Of a DNA stretch of 43,035 nucleotides, positions 1 to 9,208 are shown one piece after another. Position 1 is the first letter of the stretch; each line of letters starts with the position of its first letter. Both the position numbers and the translations under genes were made by a program. The notes below the pieces were generated by a model that was not told the origin of the DNA, made no database searches, and worked only from the letters and a program-made list of their open reading frames with translations. Source of the DNA: Thermomicrobiales bacterium (GTDB lineage: Bacteria > Chloroflexota > Chloroflexia > Thermomicrobiales > JALYUS01); assembly GCA_038230615.1 (NCBI GenBank), contig JBBRMX010000002.1:1-43035 (forward strand), given 5' to 3'.

Positions 1-1
1 A

Positions 2-1162
2 GTGCGAAACTTCATCGCGGACGATTTGTTTGCCAGTATCGGTGGCGACCTTGCTGCCGAGCAGCGTGCGGAGGTAGAGCGGGCGCAGGCACGGGCGGTC
101 GCCGCGCTCGACCGCTGGCACGCCGCGCTTCAGGCACGCACAGCGCACGCAATCGCAGACTTCGCTATCGGTGCAGACGCCTTCGCCGCTATGCTGCGTT
201 GGGACGAGATGGTAACGGCACCGCTGGATACCTTGCTTGCGGTCGGGGAAGGGGACCTGCAACGGAATCTCGCCGCGCTGCACGACATATCGCGGCAGAT
301 TTCCCCCGGTGCGACGGTTGCGGATGTTATTGCCCAGATCGCAGCGGATCACCCCACAGCGGAGACTCTCATCCCGGAAACGCGGGCGATGCTTGACGAT
401 CTGCGGCGTTTCGTGGTTGACCGTGCCATCGTCACCGTGCCGTCCGAGGAGCCGTGCCGTGTGGAGGAGACGCCGCCGTTTCTGCGCTGGGCAACAGCGA
501 TGATGGACAGCCCCGGCCCCCTCGAAACGACCGCGAACGAAGCATTTTACTATATCACGCCCGTAGAACCGGCATGGAGTGCCGAGGAGCAGGAAGAATG
601 GTTGCGGATGTGCAATCGCTCAATGCTCCGCAACATCAGTGTGCATGAAGCATATCCCGGTCATTATGTCCACAGCCTGCATAACCGGCAGGCACCAACT
701 ATCGTCAGCCGCGTCTTTGGAGCATATTCGTTCTGGGAGGCATGGGCGCATTATGCCGAGGAAATGATGCTCGATGCGGGTTTGGCGGCGGGCGATCCCC
801 GCGCCCGTGTGGTGCAACTGCTGGACGCATTACTGCGGGATGTGCGGTTCGTCTGTGCGATCAGGATGCATACGATGGGCATGACAGTCGCGGAAGCCAC
901 GGCGCGATTCGAGCAGGAAGCCTTCCTTGAGCCGTTGCCTGCGCGGATGGAGGCGCGGCGCGGCACCTTCGATCCCGGCTACCTGTGTTACACACTCGGC
1001 AAACTGCAACTGCGGAAGTTGCGGCGCGATGTGGAGCGGGAACGTGGCGCGGATTTCACACTCCGCGCATTCCATGACGAGGTGTTATCGTTTGGTGCGC
1101 CGCCGCTCGCGCTCGTCCGTGCCGCGATGGTGCGAGAGGATGACGGGGAACTCTTGGGGTAG
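2..1162 (+). CDS. DUF885 family protein (putative metallopeptidase-like), 5' partial
   Basis: ORF is open at the window edge. The translation carries HEAYPGHY (HExxPGH-type motif) and the general pattern I associate with DUF885 proteins. Family assignment is from memory, not a search. Confidence 0.75.
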   Translation: MRNFIADDLFASIGGDLAAEQRAEVERAQARAVAALDRWHAALQARTAHAIADFAIGADAFAAMLRWDEMVTAPLDTLLAVGEGDLQRNLAALHDISRQISPGATVADVIAQIAADHPTAETLIPETRAMLDDLRRFVVDRAIVTVPSEEPCRVEETPPFLRWATAMMDSPGPLETTANEAFYYITPVEPAWSAEEQEEWLRMCNRSMLRNISVHEAYPGHYVHSLHNRQAPTIVSRVFGAYSFWEAWAHYAEEMMLDAGLAAGDPRARVVQLLDALLRDVRFVCAIRMHTMGMTVAEATARFEQEAFLEPLPARMEARRGTFDPGYLCYTLGKLQLRKLRRDVERERGADFTLRAFHDEVLSFGAPPLALVRAAMVREDDGELLG

Positions 1163-1214
1163 TCGCTCGTTGTCAGTCGTGCGTGATAGGCAATCGGCAA
1201 GATACGCCGTGCGA

Positions 1215-1936
1215 TTATCCCAGATACGCCTGCCGCACGCGGTCATCACGGGCGAGGTCAGCAGCGGGGCCACTGATCGTGATGATGCCCGCTTCAAGGA
1301 CATACCCACGGTCGGCGGTTTGCAGCGCGAGATTGGCGTTTTGCTCCACGAGCAGGATCGTGACGCCATCGTTGTGCAGGGCGCGGATGACATCGAAGAT
1401 GCCGCGTACGATGATCGGGGCAAGACCGAGGCTCGGTTCATCGAGCAGCAGAAGGCGTGGACGGCTCATCATGGCGCGTGCCATCGCAAGCATCTGCTGC
1501 TCACCGCCGGAGAGTGTCCCCGCCGATTGCGTGCGCCGTTCCGCGAGGCGGGGAAAGAGCGTGTACATTCGCTCGATATCTTGCTCCACTGCGGCACGGT
1601 CGGTGCGGATGTATGCGCCCATCTCCAGATTGTCGCGTACGCTCTGGCGGGTGAGAACGCGCCGCCCCTCCGGGCATTGCGCGATGCCCAACCGCACAAC
1701 CTCATCGGCGCGGCAGTGATTGATCGGCTTGCCGTCGTAGATGATTTGCCCGCTGCGAGGAGCGACGATGCGCGAGATGGCGCGGAGCGTGGTGCTTTTG
1801 CCTGCGCCGTTCGCGCCGATCAGCGAGACGACTTCGCCCTCATAGACCGTAAGATTGATGCTCTGTAGCGCCTGAATACCGCCGTAATTGACGCGCAAGT
1901 CGCGCAGTTCGAGCAGGATGTTGCGGGCTTCCGTGC

Positions 1937-1940
<4 letters not shown>
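1215..1940 (-). CDS. livF: Branched-chain amino acid ABC transporter ATP-binding protein (LivF type)
   Basis: Walker A GANGAGKST, signature LSGGEQQ, Walker B LLLLDEPS. Start moved from ORF-track 2048 to the ATG at 1940 (MSTEARNILLELRDLRVNYGG). This ATG overlaps the livG stop as ATGA (1937-1940). Confidence 0.9.
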
Positions 1941-2724
<784 letters not shown>

Positions 2725-2728
<4 letters not shown>

Positions 2729-3705
2729 CGTACCGCCGCCGGTAGGGGATCGGCGGTAGGTGCGGGTGGGGTGGGCGGTGTACGTCCCCGCAGGCGACCA
2801 ACCAACTCCGGCGTAATCAATCCCTGCGGGAAGAAGATCGTGCCGATCACCAGCAGTAACCCGAAGATGATGAACCGCCCATCTTTGAGAAAGGTCGTAA
2901 CTGGCTTGGGTAGCCCGCCGATATTGCCGACCGCACGCAGCACCTCGGGCAGCATCGTCAGTACCAGCCCGCCGAAGACCGGGCCGAGAAAGGTACGCGA
3001 CCCGCCAATAAGCACGAACGCAAGGAAGGCGATGCTGGCGTCGAATGTCCCTTGCCGCGCATTCCATGTATTCAGCACATGCGCGGAGACCGCCCCGACG
3101 GTTCCCGCCAAGATCGCGCCCATCGTGAAGGCGAGCACTTTATGGTAGGTCGGTTGGATACCCATCGCGTCGGCGGCGAGTTCGTCCTCGCGGATGGCGG
3201 TGAATGCCCGCCCGATGCGGCATCGTTCCAGACGCGCCACGAAGAGCATCGCAATCGCCAGCATCGGCACCGCGAACAGCAGATACGGCAACTGATGCTG
3301 CGAATTGAACGGCTGCGGAATCTTGAAAATGCCGATTGCGCCGCCGGTAATCGTCAGATTGAGCGAGAGCACCCGCAGCACTTCGACGAAGGCAATCGTT
3401 GCCAGCGCGAGGTAAATGCCGCGCAACCGCAGCGCGGGGATGCCGACGATAATCGCAAGGATACCGGAAAGCACCCCCGCTGCAAGCATTTCCAGCACAA
3501 TGTACCCGAAGGCGATCTGCCCGCCCTCATGCGGAAAGACGCGAGTGGAAAGCACCGCCGCCGTGTACCCGCCGAGGGCATAGAAACCGGGGCTTGCCAA
3601 CGACAACTGCCCCGCCATCAGCGGCAAATAGACCGACAAGCCGAGGATTGCGGCGAGCACCATCGAGACGATCACACCGCTGTTCGAGGTGAAAAAATCT
3701 GCCAT
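2725..3705 (-). CDS. livM: Branched-chain amino acid ABC transporter permease (LivM type)
   Basis: Polytopic hydrophobic protein in a liv operon context. It has an unusual roughly 25-aa Pro/Thr-rich C-terminal tail (RGRTPPTPPAPTADPLPAAVR). Confidence 0.88.
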
Positions 3706-3708
3706 CCG

Positions 3709-4653
3709 TTAGACCTTCTGCACTTGCACGCGACCGAGCAACCCCTGCGGACGGATGAGCAATACAATGAACAATAGTGCGAATGCCACCGCATCTTTGA
3801 ATGCGGATTGGTCCGCCGGGACGAATGCCTCTGCCAGCCCCAGCACCAGCCCGCCAACGACTGCGCCGGGGATGTCGCCAAGCCCGCCGAGGACGATCAC
3901 CGCCAGCCCCTTCAAGCCGAACGCGATGCCGAAATATGGCCCCGCAATGCTCACGCTCGATCCGACCAGCGTACCCGCCAGCCCACCGAGGAACCCGCTG
4001 AGGAAGAATGTGAGCCAGATGAAGCGGTCGGTGCTGATACCAAGCAGGCTTGCGGTCGTCGCATCCTCCGCAACCGCACGTAATGCTTTACCAAATTTGG
4101 TAAAATTGATCAGGAAGGTGAGTGCGATCAGGATGACGCCCGCTACGGCGAAAATGAGAATCTGAATCGTGCGGATCGGGATTGGGCTTGCCTCGCTGCC
4201 GAGGTTGACCGCGATAGGCAAGTCGCCCGTGAGCCGCGTCTTGTAGGAGTAGTTTTCCGCCCCCACGAGATACTGGATGAAATTGACGAGCAGCGTCGCC
4301 ACACCGAGGCTCGATACAAGAGCCAAGAGGCGGTCGGAGTTGCGCCGCCGCAAGGGACGAAACGCAAGCCGCTCGATCAGCACGCCGAGTAGACCCGCAA
4401 GGATCGCACCCACAATTGTGGCGACTGCCAGCGGTAGCACAATCGGCAAGTGCGTTTTGGCGAAGATGCCGTTCGCGCCAAAGGTCGCGCCTGTGAGCAT
4501 GTAGGTAAAGTACGCGCCGCAAGTAAAGATCGCGCCGTGAGCAAAGTTGATGATGCCGAGGATCGAGAAGACCAGCGTGTAGCCGAGCGCGAAAATCGCG
4601 TAGACACTGCCGATGGAAAGCCCGTTGACGAAACGCTGCACGAACTCGGTCAC
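3709..4653 (-). CDS. livH: Branched-chain amino acid ABC transporter permease (LivH type)
   Basis: N-terminus TEFVQRFVNGLSIGSVYAIFALGYTLVFSILGIINFAHG is typical of LivH. GTG start at 4653 preceded by AGAGGAAAGG. Confidence 0.9.
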   Translation of the reverse strand: MTEFVQRFVNGLSIGSVYAIFALGYTLVFSILGIINFAHGAIFTCGAYFTYMLTGATFGANGIFAKTHLPIVLPLAVATIVGAILAGLLGVLIERLAFRPLRRRNSDRLLALVSSLGVATLLVNFIQYLVGAENYSYKTRLTGDLPIAVNLGSEASPIPIRTIQILIFAVAGVILIALTFLINFTKFGKALRAVAEDATTASLLGISTDRFIWLTFFLSGFLGGLAGTLVGSSVSIAGPYFGIAFGLKGLAVIVLGGLGDIPGAVVGGLVLGLAEAFVPADQSAFKDAVAFALLFIVLLIRPQGLLGRVQVQKV

Positions 4654-4684
4654 GATGCCTTTCCTCTACGTGGGGAGTAGCGCA

Positions 4685-4768
4685 CAACGAGTAACGATAT
4701 TTCCCCTGCACCTCGCGCGATATCGAAGACCGATGCGAGGTGCGGACCGAACTGCTCGTTACTCGTTG
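4685..4768 (-). promoter_or_regulatory. Nested stem-loop in the livJ-livH intergenic spacer (putative mRNA processing/stability element)
   Basis: Perfect 12-bp inverted repeat CAACGAGTAACG (4685-4696) / CGTTACTCGTTG (4757-4768). It encloses a perfect 9-bp inverted repeat GCACCTCGC (4708-4716) / GCGAGGTGC (4735-4743). Confidence 0.5.
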
Positions 4769-4786
4769 CGGGTTACGCGCCGCTCG

Positions 4787-6136
4787 TTACTTCAAGAATG
4801 TCAATGCGCCCGTCGCGCCGTCCGGGTTCATTTTGACCTGTGCAACGTAGAACTGGCTCTGCACCAATTCCCGGTCCTTATCGAAGGAGATTTCACCGAG
4901 GGGCGTCACATACTTGCCGTCGTGTACTTGCTTATTGAGCGCGACACGCAGATCGTCCAGCGACATGCCACTGATCTTTGCTTTCGTGTCCAGCGTCCGC
5001 AATGCCTCGACATAGACTTGCACTGCTGCGAATGTCTGCGCGGCAAACTGCGGCGGGTTGTCTACATTGAACTGTGCCTTGTAGAGTTGCTTGAAGGCGG
5101 TGTTGACTTCGTTGTCCACGGCAGGGCTGTATGCCTGCGCGATCAACAGACCGTCGCACTGCGCCTTGCAGACGGGGAAAATGTTGGTCGTGTTCAGCCC
5201 GTTGCCGCCGATAATCAGCCCCTTGAAGCCGAGTTCGCGCAGTTGCTTGACGAGGTTGCCGCCGTCCGCCGCGAGACCGGAGATGATGGCGAGATCGGGC
5301 TTGAGACCGAGCGCGTTCGTCGCCTGCGACTGGAAGTCGGTGTCGGTCGTCTGGAACTTCTGCACCGTCACGACTTCGAGATTGAGCGATTTCGCGGTGC
5401 TCTGGAAGGTGTCAGTCTCGGAGACGGAGAAGGCGTCGTTCTGGGCGTAGAAAACCGCCACCTTCTTGATGTTCGGGTTCTGTGCAAGGGCTGCCTTGAT
5501 CGCGTTCGGTGCGACGACCGCAACAGGGGCGGAGGTGCGCGTTACATACTCGCCGATGGCGGGGATGCCCTTCGCGGTATTGGAGGGACCGACAACCGGC
5601 ACTTTCGCCTTGTCCGCGATGGGATCAGCGGCGAATGCCTGCTGTGAGAGGGTGGGACCGACGATACCGACGACCTTATTCTTGCCGATCTGCGCTTGAA
5701 ATGCGTTAATCGCGCCCTGTTCGTCACCGGCGGTGTCTTCGTAGAGCAGTTTGATCGGGCGACCGTTCACGCCACCCTTGCTGTTGAAGTATGCTTCCGC
5801 AATCTTCGCACCGTTGACTTCGTCTTGACCGAGCAATGCAGTATTGCTGGTCTGCGCGACGGAGATACCAATCGGGATAGGATCGCCGGAGAGCGCGACA
5901 GGCGCGGCGGCGGTCGTACCGGCGGGTGCGCTGCCTGCGGCTTTCGTCGGCGCGGCGGCACTCGCAGCGGGCGCAGTCGTTGCTCCCGCTGCAGGTGCGG
6001 TCGTCGCAGCGGCAGGTGCGGTGGTTGCTGCGGTCGTGGTCTTCGCAGGGGCAGTGGTTGCGGCGTCGCCCCCACACGCGGTGAGCGCAAGGGCAAGAAA
6101 CATCAATCCGAGGACGGTACTAGCAACTCTACGCAT
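4787..6136 (-). CDS. livJ: Branched-chain amino acid ABC transporter substrate-binding lipoprotein (LivJ/LivK family)
   Basis: Lipobox LALALTAC-GG, followed by a roughly 60-aa Ala/Thr/Pro tether, then a type I periplasmic-binding-protein-like domain. Start chosen at ATG 6136 (MRRVASTV), preceded by GGAAAGGGAG. Confidence 0.88.
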   Translation of the reverse strand: MRRVASTVLGLMFLALALTACGGDAATTAPAKTTTAATTAPAAATTAPAAGATTAPAASAAAPTKAAGSAPAGTTAAAPVALSGDPIPIGISVAQTSNTALLGQDEVNGAKIAEAYFNSKGGVNGRPIKLLYEDTAGDEQGAINAFQAQIGKNKVVGIVGPTLSQQAFAADPIADKAKVPVVGPSNTAKGIPAIGEYVTRTSAPVAVVAPNAIKAALAQNPNIKKVAVFYAQNDAFSVSETDTFQSTAKSLNLEVVTVQKFQTTDTDFQSQATNALGLKPDLAIISGLAADGGNLVKQLRELGFKGLIIGGNGLNTTNIFPVCKAQCDGLLIAQAYSPAVDNEVNTAFKQLYKAQFNVDNPPQFAAQTFAAVQVYVEALRTLDTKAKISGMSLDDLRVALNKQVHDGKYVTPLGEISFDKDRELVQSQFYVAQVKMNPDGATGALTFLK

Positions 6137-6244
6137 ACATGCTCCCTTTCCATCACCCATCGTCTATAGACCGCAGCACAGCAGAACGCAATGACGCCGC
6201 TGCCGTCACAGTACGCACGATTCCCCTGAGACAAATCGAACGGA

Positions 6245-6273
6245 AATGTACCAGCGCACTCGCGCCGTGTCAA
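6245..6273 (-). promoter_or_regulatory. Putative sigma-70-type promoter of the liv operon
   Basis: On the minus strand: TTGACA (6273-6268), 17 nt, TACATT (6250-6245). This lies about 110 nt upstream of the livJ start. Confidence 0.5.
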
Positions 6274-6301
6274 GCATTACGCATGACGCCTGCACTCAGC
6301 A

Positions 6302-6317
6302 GCAGTGCAATCACTGC
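6302..6317 (-). terminator. Weak hairpin just downstream of the PBP gene stop
   Basis: GCAGTG (6302-6307), 4 nt, CACTGC (6312-6317), 11 nt from the stop at 6328. There is no clear U-tract, so this is weak. Confidence 0.3.
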
Positions 6318-6327
6318 CCTGCGTCTA

Positions 6328-9078
6328 TCACGGTTTGGTGGTCGGCGGTTTCGCGGCAGGCGGGACGTATACAGGTGTTGGCAAGCCGCCTGCCTGTTGC
6401 GGCGGTGGACCTTTAGTTGGCACCGGCGGTGGCGGCGGATTTGGCGCGCTCGCCGGTGTCAACAAATTCGCCCCACTGGGGGGAGCCGCCTGTGTGACGC
6501 GCACCGTGGTGGATACTGCCTCCGGCGTTGTCTCGGCAGTTGTGGACGGAACTGCAGTTGCGACCCGAACGGCGGTCGGCAGGATGTACGCACGGCTGTT
6601 TTTGGGGCGATATTTGGCATCCACCGCCGTATAGTAGGCATTGAGGCGGGTCGCGCCTGCGCCGGTATATTTGCCGTATTCGGTCTTTTTCGTTTCGAGC
6701 GGACCGCCACCGTTGAACCCTTGTTTGAGCAAGTTCGGGTCTTTCGTGAGATCGGACCACGCCTGAATGAGTTCGATCTGTTCGCGCTCGTCGAGTTCGC
6801 CGCAGGCAAGTTTCGGCTCCTTGCCTTTCACAAACAGGTCTTTCGTCCCGCTGTTGGGGTACGTCGGCTTGTGTCCCGTCGTGGTGCAGGAATACCCGTC
6901 TACGACATTCGCGGGCCGCTCGAATTCCTTCGCGGGTAGGTTGCCGTCTGGCCCGACGAGCAATTGCGGGGCTTTCTCGTATCCGTGGATGAGGCGCATG
7001 AATTCGTTCCAGATCGGTGCAGCGGTCTCAACACCGTCCACGTCTTTCATCGGGTGGTTATCGTTGTTGCCGACCCACATACCCACCGCGATCTGGGTGG
7101 AATACCCGACCGTCCAGCCGTCGCGGAAGTCGTTGGTGGTGCCGGTTTTCGCAGCAACGGGGCGGTCACGCAGGATGAGCGGGCTGGATGCCCCGAAGAT
7201 CGGTGTGCGGGCCTTGTTGTCCGTGAGGATGCTCGTCATGAGGTAGGCATTGCCCCGATCCATCACCTGCGGCCCGACGGGGCGCGTCTTACTATTGTCT
7301 ACCGTCTTACCTGTCTTGGGATCGAGGTAGGGTGTGCCATCGCTTTTTTCGATGCGGATGATCGGGCTTGCCTCAACATACATGCCGCCGTTCGCCATCG
7401 TCGCGTAGGCATTCGTCAGTTGCAGCACCGACGCTTCGCCCCCACCGAGGGCAAGCGAGATACCGAGACCGTACCGCTCCGGCTGCCGGAAACTGTCCGC
7501 CAGTCCCATGTCGTGCGCGAAATCAGTGAAGTTTTGCAAACCCTGCACCTTGCCGTATTTGGAGCCATCTTTAGTGTAATTGAACTCCATTGCCTTGAGT
7601 GCGGGCAGGTTCAGAGACTGTTGCAGCGCATCGCGCACCGCGACCGCACCGTTGTGCAGCAGGTTGAAGTTGTTCGGGGTGTAGCCCTTGTCGGTGCCGT
7701 CGTCCCATGTCTGGTGGTAATCGAGGATGGTATACGACGGGTACCATCCCTTTTCCAACGCGAGAGCATACACAATCGGCTTGATCGAACTCCCCGGCTG
7801 GCGCGGGTTTGTGGCGACATTGTATTCGCCCGCCACATTGAACTTGCCGTCCGGCGTCTTGGTTTGGTCGTAGAAGTCGGTGCTCCCGACCATGCAGAGA
7901 ATCTGCCCGCTCCACGGCACAACGGCGACCAGTGCCCCGTTGGAGACATCGTAGCCCGCTTTGCTCTCGCGGGTGACGCCGGACTTGACGACATCTTCCG
8001 CGAGGCGTTGCACATCGAGGTCAATGGTGGTGTAAATCCGTAAACCGCCACGATAGAGCGCGTCCGGCCCGTAGCGGTCCTCGACGTATTGCCGCACATA
8101 GTTCACAAAATGTGGTGCGCCCGACGGGGTGTCTGCTTTGAATTTGCCGTACTTGCTGGGATCGGCGGATTGCGCGTAGGCATCATCCGCCTGTGGCTGG
8201 GTGATATATCCCTGCGCTACCATCTGGCTGAGCACGTACTGCTGCCGGATGCGGGCGCGGGCAAGATTTGCAGGGCTGACGGTCGGGTCATAGCGCGACG
8301 GCAACTGCGGCAACCCCGCGAGGAACGACGATTGCCAGAGTTTGAGGTCCTTCGCATTGACCCCGAAATAGTTTTTCGCCGCTGCTTGAATACCGTACGA
8401 ACGATTGCCGTAGAAAATTGAGTTGAGATAGAACGTCATCAGGTCTTCTTTGCTGTATTTCTGCGAGAGACTGTATGCGATGAAGACCTGCCGCACTTTG
8501 TCCTCGCGGGTCGGCGTTTCGTATCGCTCTGGGAATGCCTGCTTCACCACCTGCATCGTGATGGTGGATGCGCCGGACGAGCCGTAGGATGTGTCAATAA
8601 AGGTGTTGCGGACGGCGCGACCGAGCGCCTGCGGGTCTATGCCGGGGTTCGTCCAGAATGTTTTGTCCTCGGCGGCGACGGTCGCGTTGATAAGATCGGG
8701 TGAGATACCATTGAGCGGCACCTCGAAACGGTTGCCCGCTTTCGGGTCCGCGATCTCCTGTAACAGGTTGCCGTAGCGGTCGTAGATGCGCGAGGTCTCG
8801 AACTGCGGCAGCGTGTTCGGGTTGAATTCCGGCAGATCGTGCGTGAAATAGGCATACGTCCCCGCCGCGCCCCCGACACCCGCCGCCGCAACCGTCACAA
8901 AAAACAGTAACGCCATCCCGATACCGCCAAAGATCGGCACAATTGGGCTAGCGAACCACCACGCCGGGATACCTTTTTTCGTCTTGCCCCGCACCGCGAA
9001 GGGCGGTGCTTTGCGGCGTGCGCGAGTTTCGCCGATGAATGGACGGCGCGTATGGCGTGGGGGTGGGGGAAGTGCCAT
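6328..9078 (-). CDS. Class A penicillin-binding protein (transglycosylase + transpeptidase, PBP1A family) with Pro-rich C-terminal extension
   Basis: GT51 motifs EDKTFWTNPGIDP and GASTITMQ. Transpeptidase motifs SSIK (SxxK), SLN (SxN) and KTGT. Start uncertain: ATG 9078 (MALPPPP) has an AAGGGA RBS; alternatives are ATG 9105 and GTG 9138 (the ORF-track start). Confidence 0.9.
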   Translation of the reverse strand: MALPPPPRHTRRPFIGETRARRKAPPFAVRGKTKKGIPAWWFASPIVPIFGGIGMALLFFVTVAAAGVGGAAGTYAYFTHDLPEFNPNTLPQFETSRIYDRYGNLLQEIADPKAGNRFEVPLNGISPDLINATVAAEDKTFWTNPGIDPQALGRAVRNTFIDTSYGSSGASTITMQVVKQAFPERYETPTREDKVRQVFIAYSLSQKYSKEDLMTFYLNSIFYGNRSYGIQAAAKNYFGVNAKDLKLWQSSFLAGLPQLPSRYDPTVSPANLARARIRQQYVLSQMVAQGYITQPQADDAYAQSADPSKYGKFKADTPSGAPHFVNYVRQYVEDRYGPDALYRGGLRIYTTIDLDVQRLAEDVVKSGVTRESKAGYDVSNGALVAVVPWSGQILCMVGSTDFYDQTKTPDGKFNVAGEYNVATNPRQPGSSIKPIVYALALEKGWYPSYTILDYHQTWDDGTDKGYTPNNFNLLHNGAVAVRDALQQSLNLPALKAMEFNYTKDGSKYGKVQGLQNFTDFAHDMGLADSFRQPERYGLGISLALGGGEASVLQLTNAYATMANGGMYVEASPIIRIEKSDGTPYLDPKTGKTVDNSKTRPVGPQVMDRGNAYLMTSILTDNKARTPIFGASSPLILRDRPVAAKTGTTNDFRDGWTVGYSTQIAVGMWVGNNDNHPMKDVDGVETAAPIWNEFMRLIHGYEKAPQLLVGPDGNLPAKEFERPANVVDGYSCTTTGHKPTYPNSGTKDLFVKGKEPKLACGELDEREQIELIQAWSDLTKDPNLLKQGFNGGGPLETKKTEYGKYTGAGATRLNAYYTAVDAKYRPKNSRAYILPTAVRVATAVPSTTAETTPEAVSTTVRVTQAAPPSGANLLTPASAPNPPPPPVPTKGPPPQQAGGLPTPVYVPPAAKPPTTKP

Positions 9079-9139
9079 CGTCGCCGGTCCCTTTCTGCTC
9101 GACATCACCTGCACCGTGCCGAGTGTACCACATCTCACA

Positions 9140-9168
9140 TTGACCGCATCGGGACGCCCGCGTACACT
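9140..9168 (+). promoter_or_regulatory. Putative sigma-70-type promoter for the family-5 binding-protein gene
   Basis: TTGACC (9140-9145), 17 nt, TACACT (9163-9168). Confidence 0.45.
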
Positions 9169-9208
9169 TTCGTATATGGGTGTTCACATGACAGGAGACC
9201 ACCGACCG

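Noticed and set aside
5888-6073. Repetitive GC-rich DNA that looks at first like a tandem-repeat or array-like element
   Set aside because: It is in frame within livJ and simply encodes the Ala/Thr/Pro tether (TTAPA repeats). It shows no spacer/repeat organisation and no CRISPR-like unit length.
6139-6939. 266-aa plus-strand ORF spanning the liv promoter region and the 3' end of the PBP gene
   Set aside because: It crosses an intergenic promoter/terminator region and runs antisense to the Pro-rich PBP tail. The translation is Arg/Gly/Cys-rich junk.
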